Origin: an uncultured Methanoregulaceae archaeon
Lineage (GTDB): Archaea > Halobacteriota > Methanomicrobia > Methanomicrobiales > Methanospirillaceae
Direction of reading: 5' to 3'
DNA: 64,000 bases
Assembly: GCA_963717525.1 (NCBI GenBank)
Contig: OY970343.1
Span: forward strand, 960,001 to 1,024,000
The translations under genes were made by a program, and so were the position numbers. Of this stretch, positions 53,953-62,793 are shown in pieces. Every line of letters starts with the position of its first letter. The stretch's first letter is position 1. The notes under the pieces were generated by a model. That model had not been told where the DNA came from. It ran no database searches and saw only the letters and a list, made by a program, of their open reading frames with translations.

Positions 53953-55536
53953 ATGCCACCATCACAGGAAGGAAATCAGGCAACGATTCCCAAAACGGGA
54001 ACAATGAAACGTACGCTGAACCTAACCTCGCTCCTGGTCAACGCCATGGCGCTGATTGCGCCGGGGGCCTTTCTCTGGACTACGTTCCAGGTACAGGCTG
54101 CGCAGACCAACGGCGGTCTAACGACGGCAGGTGAGATGTGGACCGGCCTTTTGGCCGCGCTCGTTCTTGCGTTTTTGACGGCTATATCTTACGCAGAACT
54201 GGCTAACATCTATCCCAAAGCCGGCGCTGGCTCTTCCTATTATTACGCGGAAGCCTCGTTTCTTGAGAAAGAAAAAACAGGACATAGGCAATGGGCGCGG
54301 GTCGCCAAATTCCTCGTAGGCTGGATATCGCACTTGTATTACTGGATTTACCCGGGTATCATGGTGGCCTTTTCGGCTATCCTGATTGTGTATATCTTCG
54401 GCCTCTTTGGGATTGCCCTGTCAGTCCCGGAACAGATCCTTGTCGCCGTGTTGTTCGCCCTGCTTAATGGCTATATCGCATACCGCGGAATAACCGGTTC
54501 GACCATGACTGCGATCGTCATCAACACCATCCAGTTAGTGGCACTTATCGGTTTTTCGATACTGGCAATCCTGTACCGGGAGACCCACCCCAGCCTGGTA
54601 TATGCCACATCCGTTTCAACAATCCTTATACCCCATAACTTCACAAACCTGTTGTTCCAGTCAACTATCGCCATCCTGCTGCTGGTGGGGTTCGAATCGG
54701 TGACGTCGCTGGGCTCCGAGGCGCTCCGGCCAAAACAGGACATTAAAAAAGCAATCCTCCTCTCCCTCATCATTCAGGGAGCATTCGCTTATTTGTTCGA
54801 GTATTTCGCTGCCAATTATTTTGTCGGCCCCCAGCTGATCGGCACCGATCCCACCGGGGCCGCAGTCTCGGGCTATGCGGCAGCAGCGGCATCCGGCGCT
54901 CCCATTGGCGATATGATCCGGGTAATCGGCGACCAGATGCTGGGAGGCACAGGTTTTGTCCTCGTATTAATCATGGCTGCAACGGTGGTACTCGCACTTA
55001 TCGGGACAACTCTTGCCTGCTTTAACACTGGTGTAAGGATAACCTACGCCATGGGCAAAGACAAAGAGATGCCAACGCTGCTTGGTCTCCTGCATGGAAA
55101 ATATGATACCCCGCATTACGGTATCTGGATCCTTGTCGGAATATCTGCAGCGTTAGGTGCGTATGGCGTCCTGAACATCGATAACCTGACCCAGATTACG
55201 CTCGCGTCCAATACCGGCACGTTCCTTCTCTACGGCTTGACAAACCTCATTGCGCTTTGGGCCTTCTTCCACCGTCCCGATGCCAGTTTCCTGAAACACC
55301 GGGTAGTACCGTTGCTGGGTTTCCTTGCAAATTTCGTCATGCTCGGGGCGGTCGTCTGGCTTGGCATTAGTTCAGGGGGCAGTTCGGCAACTGACGCTCT
55401 GATTGCGATTGCCATGGTCATAGTCTGGCTGGTGGCTGGCGCAGTCTGGTTTATCTCCAACACGAAAAAACAGGGCCGCCCGGTCATGACCCGAAACCTG
55501 CCACAGGCGACCGGACTGGAACAGGATGATGCATAA
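53953..55536 (+). CDS. APC-superfamily (amino acid permease-like) transporter
   Basis: MKRTL, SYAELA..YP.AG.SY, GFES, RITYAMGKD, TP; about 12 TMs. Confidence 0.9.
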   Translation: MPPSQEGNQATIPKTGTMKRTLNLTSLLVNAMALIAPGAFLWTTFQVQAAQTNGGLTTAGEMWTGLLAALVLAFLTAISYAELANIYPKAGAGSSYYYAEASFLEKEKTGHRQWARVAKFLVGWISHLYYWIYPGIMVAFSAILIVYIFGLFGIALSVPEQILVAVLFALLNGYIAYRGITGSTMTAIVINTIQLVALIGFSILAILYRETHPSLVYATSVSTILIPHNFTNLLFQSTIAILLLVGFESVTSLGSEALRPKQDIKKAILLSLIIQGAFAYLFEYFAANYFVGPQLIGTDPTGAAVSGYAAAAASGAPIGDMIRVIGDQMLGGTGFVLVLIMAATVVLALIGTTLACFNTGVRITYAMGKDKEMPTLLGLLHGKYDTPHYGIWILVGISAALGAYGVLNIDNLTQITLASNTGTFLLYGLTNLIALWAFFHRPDASFLKHRVVPLLGFLANFVMLGAVVWLGISSGGSSATDALIAIAMVIVWLVAGAVWFISNTKKQGRPVMTRNLPQATGLEQDDA

Positions 55537-55671
55537 CCGTTGGTATGGATAATGAACGACAAAAAAAGCCGGGAGGCAGTGTAAAAAAGGATACCGGTTT
55601 AATGCCTGACAGAATATGTGCAGGACCCGGCATTCTTATCTTTTCATCGAAAAAGAAATGGGGTGATCATC

Positions 55672-56532
55672 ATGGGAGAAAATTCCATAACCATGCCCGC
55701 AGACAAGGCGCCAAATCTGGTGGGTGTAATCGTGACATGGCGGGCTATCACCCATCAGGGCCTGACGCGATCGCAGAACGAGGATGCCCACTGGGTTACC
55801 CATGTTGTTGAAAGTAAAACCGATACCGAATCGTCATCACGGTATATCTTCGCCGTGGCTGACGGCCTTGGCGGACACCGTGGCGGGGCAATAGCAAGCA
55901 GGATGGCCCTCAAAGCCATAAAAGAGGAATTCCACACCTGGCACGGAGGGGAGGCGGATCGCATGATCAGCCGGGCAATGCAGAACGCAAACCAGAATAT
56001 TTTCTGCGTGGCCCAGTCAGACCCGGAATTATTCCAGAAAATGCAGACTACCTTAACCATCGTCGCTTTGGACAACGACTCACTGGTTGTCGGCCATGTC
56101 GGCGACTGCCGTCTCTACCGGATGAGAGATGACCGTATCGATCAGCTGACCCGGGATCACACGATGGCAAGCGACATGCTCCAGATGCACCTGATTACCT
56201 CTCAACAGGCCTCGGCGCATCCGGGCCGTCACCAGCTCACCCGTTCTGTTGGCGGGGACCCTTTCATGAATGCCGATATTACCCGCCATGAAACGCAGGC
56301 AGGCGACACCTATCTTCTCTGCAGCGACGGATTGTGGTCAGAACTTACGGAGGAGGAGATCCGGTCCGCCCTGCAGGAGCACGATACCAGCCAGGAATGT
56401 GAAAAACTGGTCAGGCTTGCATTGAGCCGGGGAGCACCGGATAACATCACCGGCATTATGTTTCACATTGACATTGTCGGAAAACAAGCTGCCCTTCCGT
56501 TTTCATGGCGGTCACTCCTTGGGAAAGGGTAA
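55672..56532 (+). CDS. PP2C/PPM-family Ser/Thr phosphatase
   Basis: R.QNED, VADGLGGH, HVGDCRLY, TRDH, LCSDGL, DN. Confidence 0.93.
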   Translation: MGENSITMPADKAPNLVGVIVTWRAITHQGLTRSQNEDAHWVTHVVESKTDTESSSRYIFAVADGLGGHRGGAIASRMALKAIKEEFHTWHGGEADRMISRAMQNANQNIFCVAQSDPELFQKMQTTLTIVALDNDSLVVGHVGDCRLYRMRDDRIDQLTRDHTMASDMLQMHLITSQQASAHPGRHQLTRSVGGDPFMNADITRHETQAGDTYLLCSDGLWSELTEEEIRSALQEHDTSQECEKLVRLALSRGAPDNITGIMFHIDIVGKQAALPFSWRSLLGKG

Positions 56533-56677
56533 TCGGGTACTGTATGACCGGTAAACGCAGCCATCCGCGAGAAGATAAGAAACAAGTCAAAAGAGCCACC
56601 CGCGATTCGCGACAGTGCAGCCCGGCAACGAGGAGACAGAAGCCCGACGGGAACCTGAACAGACGCGTGATGTCTCC

Positions 56678-57049
56678 ATGAAGATGATCTGGGCGATTAT
56701 CCGGCCGGAATATTCGCAAAAAGTGATTGATGCACTGGAGAAGACCGGCATTTCAGCGATGACACGCCTCCATGTCACCGGTCACGGTGCTGAGATAGGG
56801 ATTACGGCAGGGCATGTAAATTATTCGGAGATCCCAAAAGAGATGCTCATGCTCGTGCTCCCGGACATCGATGTCGCACATGCCGTAAAAATCATCAGTA
56901 CCACGGCAAAGACCTGGCAGAAGGAGAATCCCGGGCACGGGTCTGTCGGGGATGGCAAGATCTTTGTGACCTATGTTGAGGATGCGTACACGATCAGGAC
57001 ATCTGAAAACCGCAAGGACCGGTTCGGATCCTCCGGGAAAGACCGGTAA
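56678..57049 (+). CDS. PII-family protein, NifI1-like
   Basis: MKMIWAIIRPE, short T-loop ending Y.EIPKEMLMLV, GDGKIFV..VEDAYTIRT. Confidence 0.85.
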   Translation: MKMIWAIIRPEYSQKVIDALEKTGISAMTRLHVTGHGAEIGITAGHVNYSEIPKEMLMLVLPDIDVAHAVKIISTTAKTWQKENPGHGSVGDGKIFVTYVEDAYTIRTSENRKDRFGSSGKDR

Positions 57050-57055
57050 TACCGT

Positions 57056-57490
57056 ATGAAAAAGATCATCGCCATCATCAGGAATGAAAAAGTGGAAGAG
57101 ACCAAGTCCAACTTAGAGAAGATTGGCGTAACCGGGGTTACATACCTGTATGTCACGGGAAAAGGCCTGCGGGATGGAATGGTCCCGTCCCGGTTCCTAG
57201 GATCAGAGTATCACCCATACGGCGGCAGACACCAGCTCAGGCAGCTGGATGATGCACCTGTGTCGGCAGACCCGGTTTGTCTGCCGGCTGAAAAGGAGCG
57301 AGAACCCGGGTTCCGGCCACAAAGAATGCTTGTCATTGTGGCAAACGACAGCGATGTCAGGCCAATCATCGCGACGCTTATTGCAACAAACTATACCGGG
57401 CACCATGGTGACGGGGCAATCTTTGTCTGCCCCATGATCAGCGCGATCCGGGTGAGAAACGGGGAACAGGGCGACAGTGCACTGGTATAA
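57056..57490 (+). CDS. PII-family protein, NifI2-like (long T-loop)
   Basis: MKKIIAIIRNEK..TK, F.PQRML.IV, N.TG..GDGAIFVCP...AIRVR.GE.G. Confidence 0.85.
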   Translation: MKKIIAIIRNEKVEETKSNLEKIGVTGVTYLYVTGKGLRDGMVPSRFLGSEYHPYGGRHQLRQLDDAPVSADPVCLPAEKEREPGFRPQRMLVIVANDSDVRPIIATLIATNYTGHHGDGAIFVCPMISAIRVRNGEQGDSALV

Positions 57491-57663
57491 GATGCTGTTG
57501 CATTGGCGTAGATTTGATAAAATTAACGAGATGAAGAACAGGTGATCAACCGTACACACAGCAGCACCACCTGTCAATAATATTATATAAATCAACATCA
57601 CCAGAGGGTTAGAACGAGAAAAAATCAAAAAATAAGTGTTCGCACAACAAAGGAGGGAACTTC

Positions 57664-57993
57664 ATGAAGATGGTTCAGGCAATAATCCGGTCCGAGAAGC
57701 TGGACAGCGTAAAAAAGGCGCTCGAAGAGAAAGGCTTCATCTCCATGAGTATCATGGAAATTACCGGAAGGGGAGAACAAAAGGGCATCACACTTGAATA
57801 CCGGGGGGCGATGGTGGAAGTGGACACCCTCCCCAAGATCATGATTCAGATGGCTGTCAATGACGAGGACGTCGATCCAATCATCGCGATCGTCCGGGCT
57901 GCAGGAAGGACGGGGAATTTTGGTGATGGGAAGATCTTTGTCTGGCCGCTCGACCTGATGGCCAAGGTCCGGACTGATGAAGTCTGGAGATGA
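57664..57993 (+). CDS. Canonical PII protein (GlnK-like)
   Basis: AIIR.EKL..VK.AL, GRGEQKG, YRG, LPK, RTGNFGDGKIFV; GGAGG RBS. Confidence 0.92.
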   Translation: MKMVQAIIRSEKLDSVKKALEEKGFISMSIMEITGRGEQKGITLEYRGAMVEVDTLPKIMIQMAVNDEDVDPIIAIVRAAGRTGNFGDGKIFVWPLDLMAKVRTDEVWR

Positions 57994-58079
57994 AATTCAG
58001 GATCTGCAACAGACTTAATGAAATAAAGCAATAAAGGAAATTTCTGATAGTCCCATACAGTTTTGGTAAGGTGCCGGTG

Positions 58080-59057
58080 ATGCTTAAATCAGGTGACATG
58101 GTCTGCGATTATAAGATTATAGGGTTACTTGGCCAGGGTGGGTTCAGCCAGATCTACAAGGCATATGCTCCTGACGGCACACTGGTGATCCTGAAGTTTC
58201 CCGATGTATCCCTGCTTGGGGACCAGGCAACGTACAAACGTTTCCGCCGGGAGGTTGCTATCGGACAGAAACTGGACCATTCCGCAATTCCGCGGGCAAT
58301 CAGATTTGTGGAAGGACCTGATTCTGTTTTTCTCGTCTTGGAATATATCGAAGGCTCGTCCCTCCGCACGTACATCAGCGAAAAAGCACCCCTCCCACTC
58401 AGTGAAGGACTTTCTCTTGCCGACCAACTCGCTGAGGCGATCGACTACATGCATTCTCACGGTGTCTGTCACCGGGATCTCAAACCGGAGAATATTATTG
58501 TCGGGCCTGATGGCAGGATCCATATTCTTGATTTCGGGAGTGCGCTGCTTGAAGGTTCCCGCCGCGTGACCTGGAGGTGGGCGTCGAATGCCTTTGGAAC
58601 ACCGGATTATATGGCGCCTGAGCAGATCCAGGGAAAACGGGGAGACGTACGTACCGATGTGTATGCACTCGGGATGATCGTCTATGAAATGCTGACCGGG
58701 ACCCTGCCCTTTGAAGGAGATAATGCTCTTGCGGTCATGAACCAGCACCTGACGGGAGTCCCGGTTTCTCCCCGCAGGCACGAGCCCTCAATCCCCGCCG
58801 GAGTCGAGGCTGTGATACTGAAATCAATTCGCCGCGATCCCGATGAACGTTACCGGTCTGCGAGCGCCTTCCGGAAAGATCTTAATAATTATGCGGATCT
58901 CGATCTCTCGCAATTTCCTTCGGATCCCGAGGCAATCGCCGGTGGTGGAGTGCTCACCACCCGCCAAATCTGGGTGCGGACCATTCTGGTTTTTGTCGGT
59001 TTCCTGTTACTTGCAGCACTGATCATCCTCGCTGCATACCTGATGCACCATCGCTAA
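58080..59057 (+). CDS. Hanks-type Ser/Thr protein kinase with C-terminal TM anchor
   Basis: GQGGFS, ILK, RFRRE, HRDLKPEN, DFG, GTPDYMAPE, DVYALG; one terminal TM and no extracellular domain. Confidence 0.95.
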   Translation: MLKSGDMVCDYKIIGLLGQGGFSQIYKAYAPDGTLVILKFPDVSLLGDQATYKRFRREVAIGQKLDHSAIPRAIRFVEGPDSVFLVLEYIEGSSLRTYISEKAPLPLSEGLSLADQLAEAIDYMHSHGVCHRDLKPENIIVGPDGRIHILDFGSALLEGSRRVTWRWASNAFGTPDYMAPEQIQGKRGDVRTDVYALGMIVYEMLTGTLPFEGDNALAVMNQHLTGVPVSPRRHEPSIPAGVEAVILKSIRRDPDERYRSASAFRKDLNNYADLDLSQFPSDPEAIAGGGVLTTRQIWVRTILVFVGFLLLAALIILAAYLMHHR

Positions 59058-59154
59058 AAACAAATTTCATGGGGTACTGTTTCGTTTACGGTTGATTGCC
59101 AATTCTTCACTTCGTAAATGTTATCAAATCAACCGCCAACGCAACAGAACCAGT

Positions 59155-59374
59155 TCAACCATTCAGATCCGCCAGAAGATCTTTTGCCGTCCCGGTCCGG
59201 CTCTTATTTTTGCGCACGCTGTTTTTTGCCTGTTTTGCCCGGTCTACAATTTCCGAACGCTTTTTCTCGATAAGCCTGCTAGAGGATAATCTCCTGAACG
59301 TACTGCTGGTCTTCGGCATCGAGCTTATCGACGTACTCAAGAACAGTGTTGAGCGATACCGCTTCGCTTCCCAT
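59155..59374 (-). CDS. Putative antitoxin-like small protein (+1 frameshift at ~59285)
   Basis: MGSEAVSLNTVLEYVDKLDAEDQQYVQEII/SRLIEKKRSEIVDRAKQAKNSVRKNKSRTGTAKDLLADLNG; followed by an overlapping MVELV stub. Confidence 0.55.
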
Positions 59375-59477
59375 AGGGTGCACCTGTACCGTAATTGGTG
59401 TTTCCCTACAAAGTTATTGTGCTAAAAAAAGGAATTCAACCTTATGACAGGAGAGCAGCTATCCAGGAATCAACTCC

Positions 59478-59808
59478 GGATCGCCCCTCCCCCACCTCCA
59501 AAAGACGCCCGTTACGGCCCCGGATTGCCCACGATCCCTTCCGGAAAACCCCGCAAAATGCCCGGATTCGGGGGCCATCCGGAAGTCGGTTATACGGAGT
59601 TATTTTAGAGAAATACCGCGTATCTGCCCCCTGATTTTGATCGCCAAAAAGGCCGTTTTTTTCATTTCCGGCATACTTTGGCCTGATCGAAGTGAGATCG
59701 GCCACCGGAAGGCCATAGCGGCCGTTTCTCAAGGGGGTCGGAATCCGGCGGTTATATAGGCGTATTTCGGCGGAAAAACGGTGATTTGAGGGGGAATTTC
59801 TTCGGCGG
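59478..59808. repeat. ~330-bp dispersed repeat, copy C
   Basis: Homologous end to end with copies A and B. Confidence 0.9.
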
Positions 59809-59838
59809 CAGGAAAAGAGGAGGGAGCTCCCAGCCCCA

Positions 59839-60261
59839 TTATGTCGTAAATATGGTCAGTTTTGCAATGGCGTCTTTCAGGTCGCCGTTGCAGTACTCCA
59901 TTCCCCCCACAAGGGATGTCACCCACCGGGAATCAAAATTTCCTTGTGTATAACTGCAGGTCATGTTCGTTCCTTCAAGCATCGTCTTCATTCCCTGCAT
60001 TTCGCTGTCATTGAGATGAATGAGGGTTTTTGTAAAAACACAGCCCTGGGACGACGTCAGGTAAAATGTCCCGATATCCTCATTGTCGGTAAGATTCATA
60101 TCTTTGCAGTCGTTTGCTGCAGCGATGAACGCGGCCTGTTCCGGGCCCGGGTTTCCGGACGCAGGAGACGCCCCGGTAGTTGATGAACAGCCGGCAGTCA
60201 GGAGCAGGAGGACTATTCCTGACAGGAAAACTGCGGAAATTATCAATTGTTTTTTTCTCAT
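59839..60261 (-). CDS. Putative lipoprotein
   Basis: MRKK plus hydrophobic stretch and LTAGC lipobox; four further Cys. Confidence 0.75.
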   Translation of the reverse strand: MRKKQLIISAVFLSGIVLLLLTAGCSSTTGASPASGNPGPEQAAFIAAANDCKDMNLTDNEDIGTFYLTSSQGCVFTKTLIHLNDSEMQGMKTMLEGTNMTCSYTQGNFDSRWVTSLVGGMEYCNGDLKDAIAKLTIFTT

Positions 60262-60273
60262 GATGCACCCCGT

Positions 60274-61368
60274 CTATTGATACGCCAGTTTTTTGAATAC
60301 ATCAGTAAAAGCATCAGCTACACTTTTTCCGCTGCCAAAGGTAAGAAATGCTTTCAGCGAGAGCGTATCTGAAGAGGACGTTCCTGTTGATGTACTCTGG
60401 ATGTTCGTGCCATGGACATCCTGGTCATTATGGACATCCCGATCAAGCCTGTCCATAAATGCACTGTCACTCGGGTCAGGCCATTGGGCCAGGTTATACT
60501 GTGCGACAATATTGTCCCGTATCGTTTTTGCGGTATCTGCGGCTATGTTTGTGTTGCTCAGTGCTTTGTCCATATAGGCAAAATACCCGTCATTTCCGTC
60601 CCAGATCCCCTGGCTCTTCCTCAGTTCGGCCATATCGCTGTTTGCCCAGAAATTGGTTGGATCTTTACCGAGGATTGCCTGGTATTCTCCTTCGACTTTT
60701 GGCTCTATTGCATTGATCGTGGCGGTATCACCGGCAATGATCGGGTCTGCAGTGTCTTTTCGAATCCATCCGTTGTCGAGCATTGAGGTCACCACATCTC
60801 TATCTAGGCGCGATCCGAGATCGGTAGTGAGATCCTCATGGGCTGAAGCAATTTCTGATGTAAGATATTCTCCTGAAGCAGGAGCGACCGTGGGAATAAG
60901 CGTAGCTGCACCTGAGGCCGGACATGAATCGCTGGCTATCCTCCCGGACAGCGATGTTGAACCATCGCAATTACCGTCAGAGCCTGTATAAGCCCAGGTA
61001 TACTTTGCGGTGAAAGCAGAACAATCTGGGCTGAATTGTACATCATACGGGGATAATGCCGATTCTCCCGGGGGATCAGCTACCGTCCTGCCATCGATAT
61101 GCAGGATATTATCTGAAGTGAACATCCCCCCGGCGGATCCGTGACCTACATCCCCCATCACGGCACTCCCGGCATTGAACTGGATCGGGACAGAATACCG
61201 GTTTGTCAGAACCGGCCCACTGCACGCTGACTGATCTTCCGTGACGGTTACCCACCACGTAACCGTTCCGGTGTAGGTATTCCAGCTCCATGGTTGCGAA
61301 GAGTAATCTGCCACAACAGGAACGATGAGAGCGAGGAGTATAACAATGCACAAAGCACCCCGTATCAT
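60274..61368 (-). CDS. Secreted hypothetical protein
   Basis: Signal peptide MIRGALCIVILLALIVPVVA; beta-rich S/T/G N-domain and helical C-domain. Confidence 0.75.
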   Translation of the reverse strand: MIRGALCIVILLALIVPVVADYSSQPWSWNTYTGTVTWWVTVTEDQSACSGPVLTNRYSVPIQFNAGSAVMGDVGHGSAGGMFTSDNILHIDGRTVADPPGESALSPYDVQFSPDCSAFTAKYTWAYTGSDGNCDGSTSLSGRIASDSCPASGAATLIPTVAPASGEYLTSEIASAHEDLTTDLGSRLDRDVVTSMLDNGWIRKDTADPIIAGDTATINAIEPKVEGEYQAILGKDPTNFWANSDMAELRKSQGIWDGNDGYFAYMDKALSNTNIAADTAKTIRDNIVAQYNLAQWPDPSDSAFMDRLDRDVHNDQDVHGTNIQSTSTGTSSSDTLSLKAFLTFGSGKSVADAFTDVFKKLAYQ

Positions 61369-61565
61369 AGCGATCAGTTCGAGGATGCGATGTCATGGGA
61401 TATAAAGGTATATCTGCGAAAGGTTTTGCGAAAGACCCCACCGGTAGAGATGAATTAAAAAAGTATATGCGGTGAGCTGGTCAAATGAAGATTCCGCGTG
61501 CCTGTTTTCCGCACGCACTCCCGCTTCCAGCGGTCACCGGAAAGACCGGGTAACGTCCCGTCTCC

Positions 61566-61808
61566 CTAGTGCCTGTCGCAGAAGTGGCCGATCACAAGGC
61601 TGTTCTTGTCAAAGATCTCGCAGGCCGGGCAGAAGCAGCGATCTTCTCTCACCTGCGAAGCATCCGAAATCCCGCGTGCGCAGAAGAGGATGTCAGGCTG
61701 ATGCTGTCCAAGGTTGTTCTTCCGGTAGGTTGGGCATGCGCCGCAGTACTTCATGCAGATCTGCCGGTTCTCCTCGGTGTCCGCAACGGTAACCGTGCTG
61801 CTTTTCAT
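61566..61808 (-). CDS. Cys-rich small protein (DUF2769-like)
   Basis: C..YC..CPTY...LFCARG.S...CFCPAC.......FC. Confidence 0.75.
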   Translation of the reverse strand: MKSSTVTVADTEENRQICMKYCGACPTYRKNNLGQHQPDILFCARGISDASQVREDRCFCPACEIFDKNSLVIGHFCDRH

Positions 61809-61902
61809 GATGAGTGGATAGTGCTATCGGGAATAATAGGTTTCCCTCTACGGCCCGGCAGGAGTATTCCCGGTGGCCCCGTCCTGCCGCGGCGGCAGAA
61901 AA

Positions 61903-62793
61903 TTACCGGAGCAGATCGTGGAGATTGATCCGGTGCTGCCCGAGTTTCCCGTCGAAATTTGACGCGCCGATGTACATGACCGTCCCGGTCTCTGTCGCTG
62001 CGAGGATCCCGGCCCTTAGTGCGGCCTTCACCGCGGCCTCATCGACACCGTTCAGGACAATCTCGTACACAGAGCCCACGCCATCAGGCACGAGCGAGTC
62101 GCCGATACGGTCCTTTAATGTCGGGCACCAGCGGTGGCTGGTGCTGGCCGGCATCGGGAACCGGTAATTTTTGCACCCGACCTTTGAGCCACTCCTGACA
62201 ATCCCCCCGGGAAAGCTGGTGATCACGCCCTGCATCCCGGATATTTTTTCTATCGCCGCTTCGACTCCGGCAAGGGCCGCCTCCCGGTCTTTTCCCATAA
62301 CAAGGAAGTTCCCGCCGGCAATCCCTTTGACGGTCCCGAACCGCTCCTCGCCTACGTACTCCCCTTCCATAACCGGGATCTTCCAGCACTTCCTGCCGCC
62401 GACCACGCACCGCTCTTCATAGGTATCACCGAAGTAGTGCATCCGGGTATAAAACCGGGCTTCTGCATCGGGAAAACCGTCGAATGCAGACGCGGTCGGT
62501 GTCGGGAGAACACACTGGGAGATCCTCGCGGCTACATTGGACTTCATCAGCTTCTTTTCAGCACAGATCAGAATCGCGAACCCGGCCCGGCCGTCCGGGG
62601 TCTCGTGCGGGCCAAGGGCCCGTTCGATCCCGGCCTCGCAGGGACAGAAAATTTTCGAGGTCGCAAACCCCGTTGCTTCAACAGCGGCCCTGTACGCCCA
62701 TTCCGCGGTATCCCCCGTGATAATGACCCTCGATATCCATGTCGGGAATGCCTCGGCAAAGGTGTCAAGTACCCGGGTCCCGTTGATCTCCAT
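61903..62793 (-). CDS. ftr: Formylmethanofuran:tetrahydromethanopterin formyltransferase homolog (divergent paralog)
   Basis: DTFAEAF, TGFATS..CPCEAGIE, TPDGR.G, QCVLPTPT, GIAGGNF, FPGGIVRSGSKVG, VYEIVLNG, NFDGKLG. Confidence 0.9.
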   Translation of the reverse strand: MEINGTRVLDTFAEAFPTWISRVIITGDTAEWAYRAAVEATGFATSKIFCPCEAGIERALGPHETPDGRAGFAILICAEKKLMKSNVAARISQCVLPTPTASAFDGFPDAEARFYTRMHYFGDTYEERCVVGGRKCWKIPVMEGEYVGEERFGTVKGIAGGNFLVMGKDREAALAGVEAAIEKISGMQGVITSFPGGIVRSGSKVGCKNYRFPMPASTSHRWCPTLKDRIGDSLVPDGVGSVYEIVLNGVDEAAVKAALRAGILAATETGTVMYIGASNFDGKLGQHRINLHDLLR

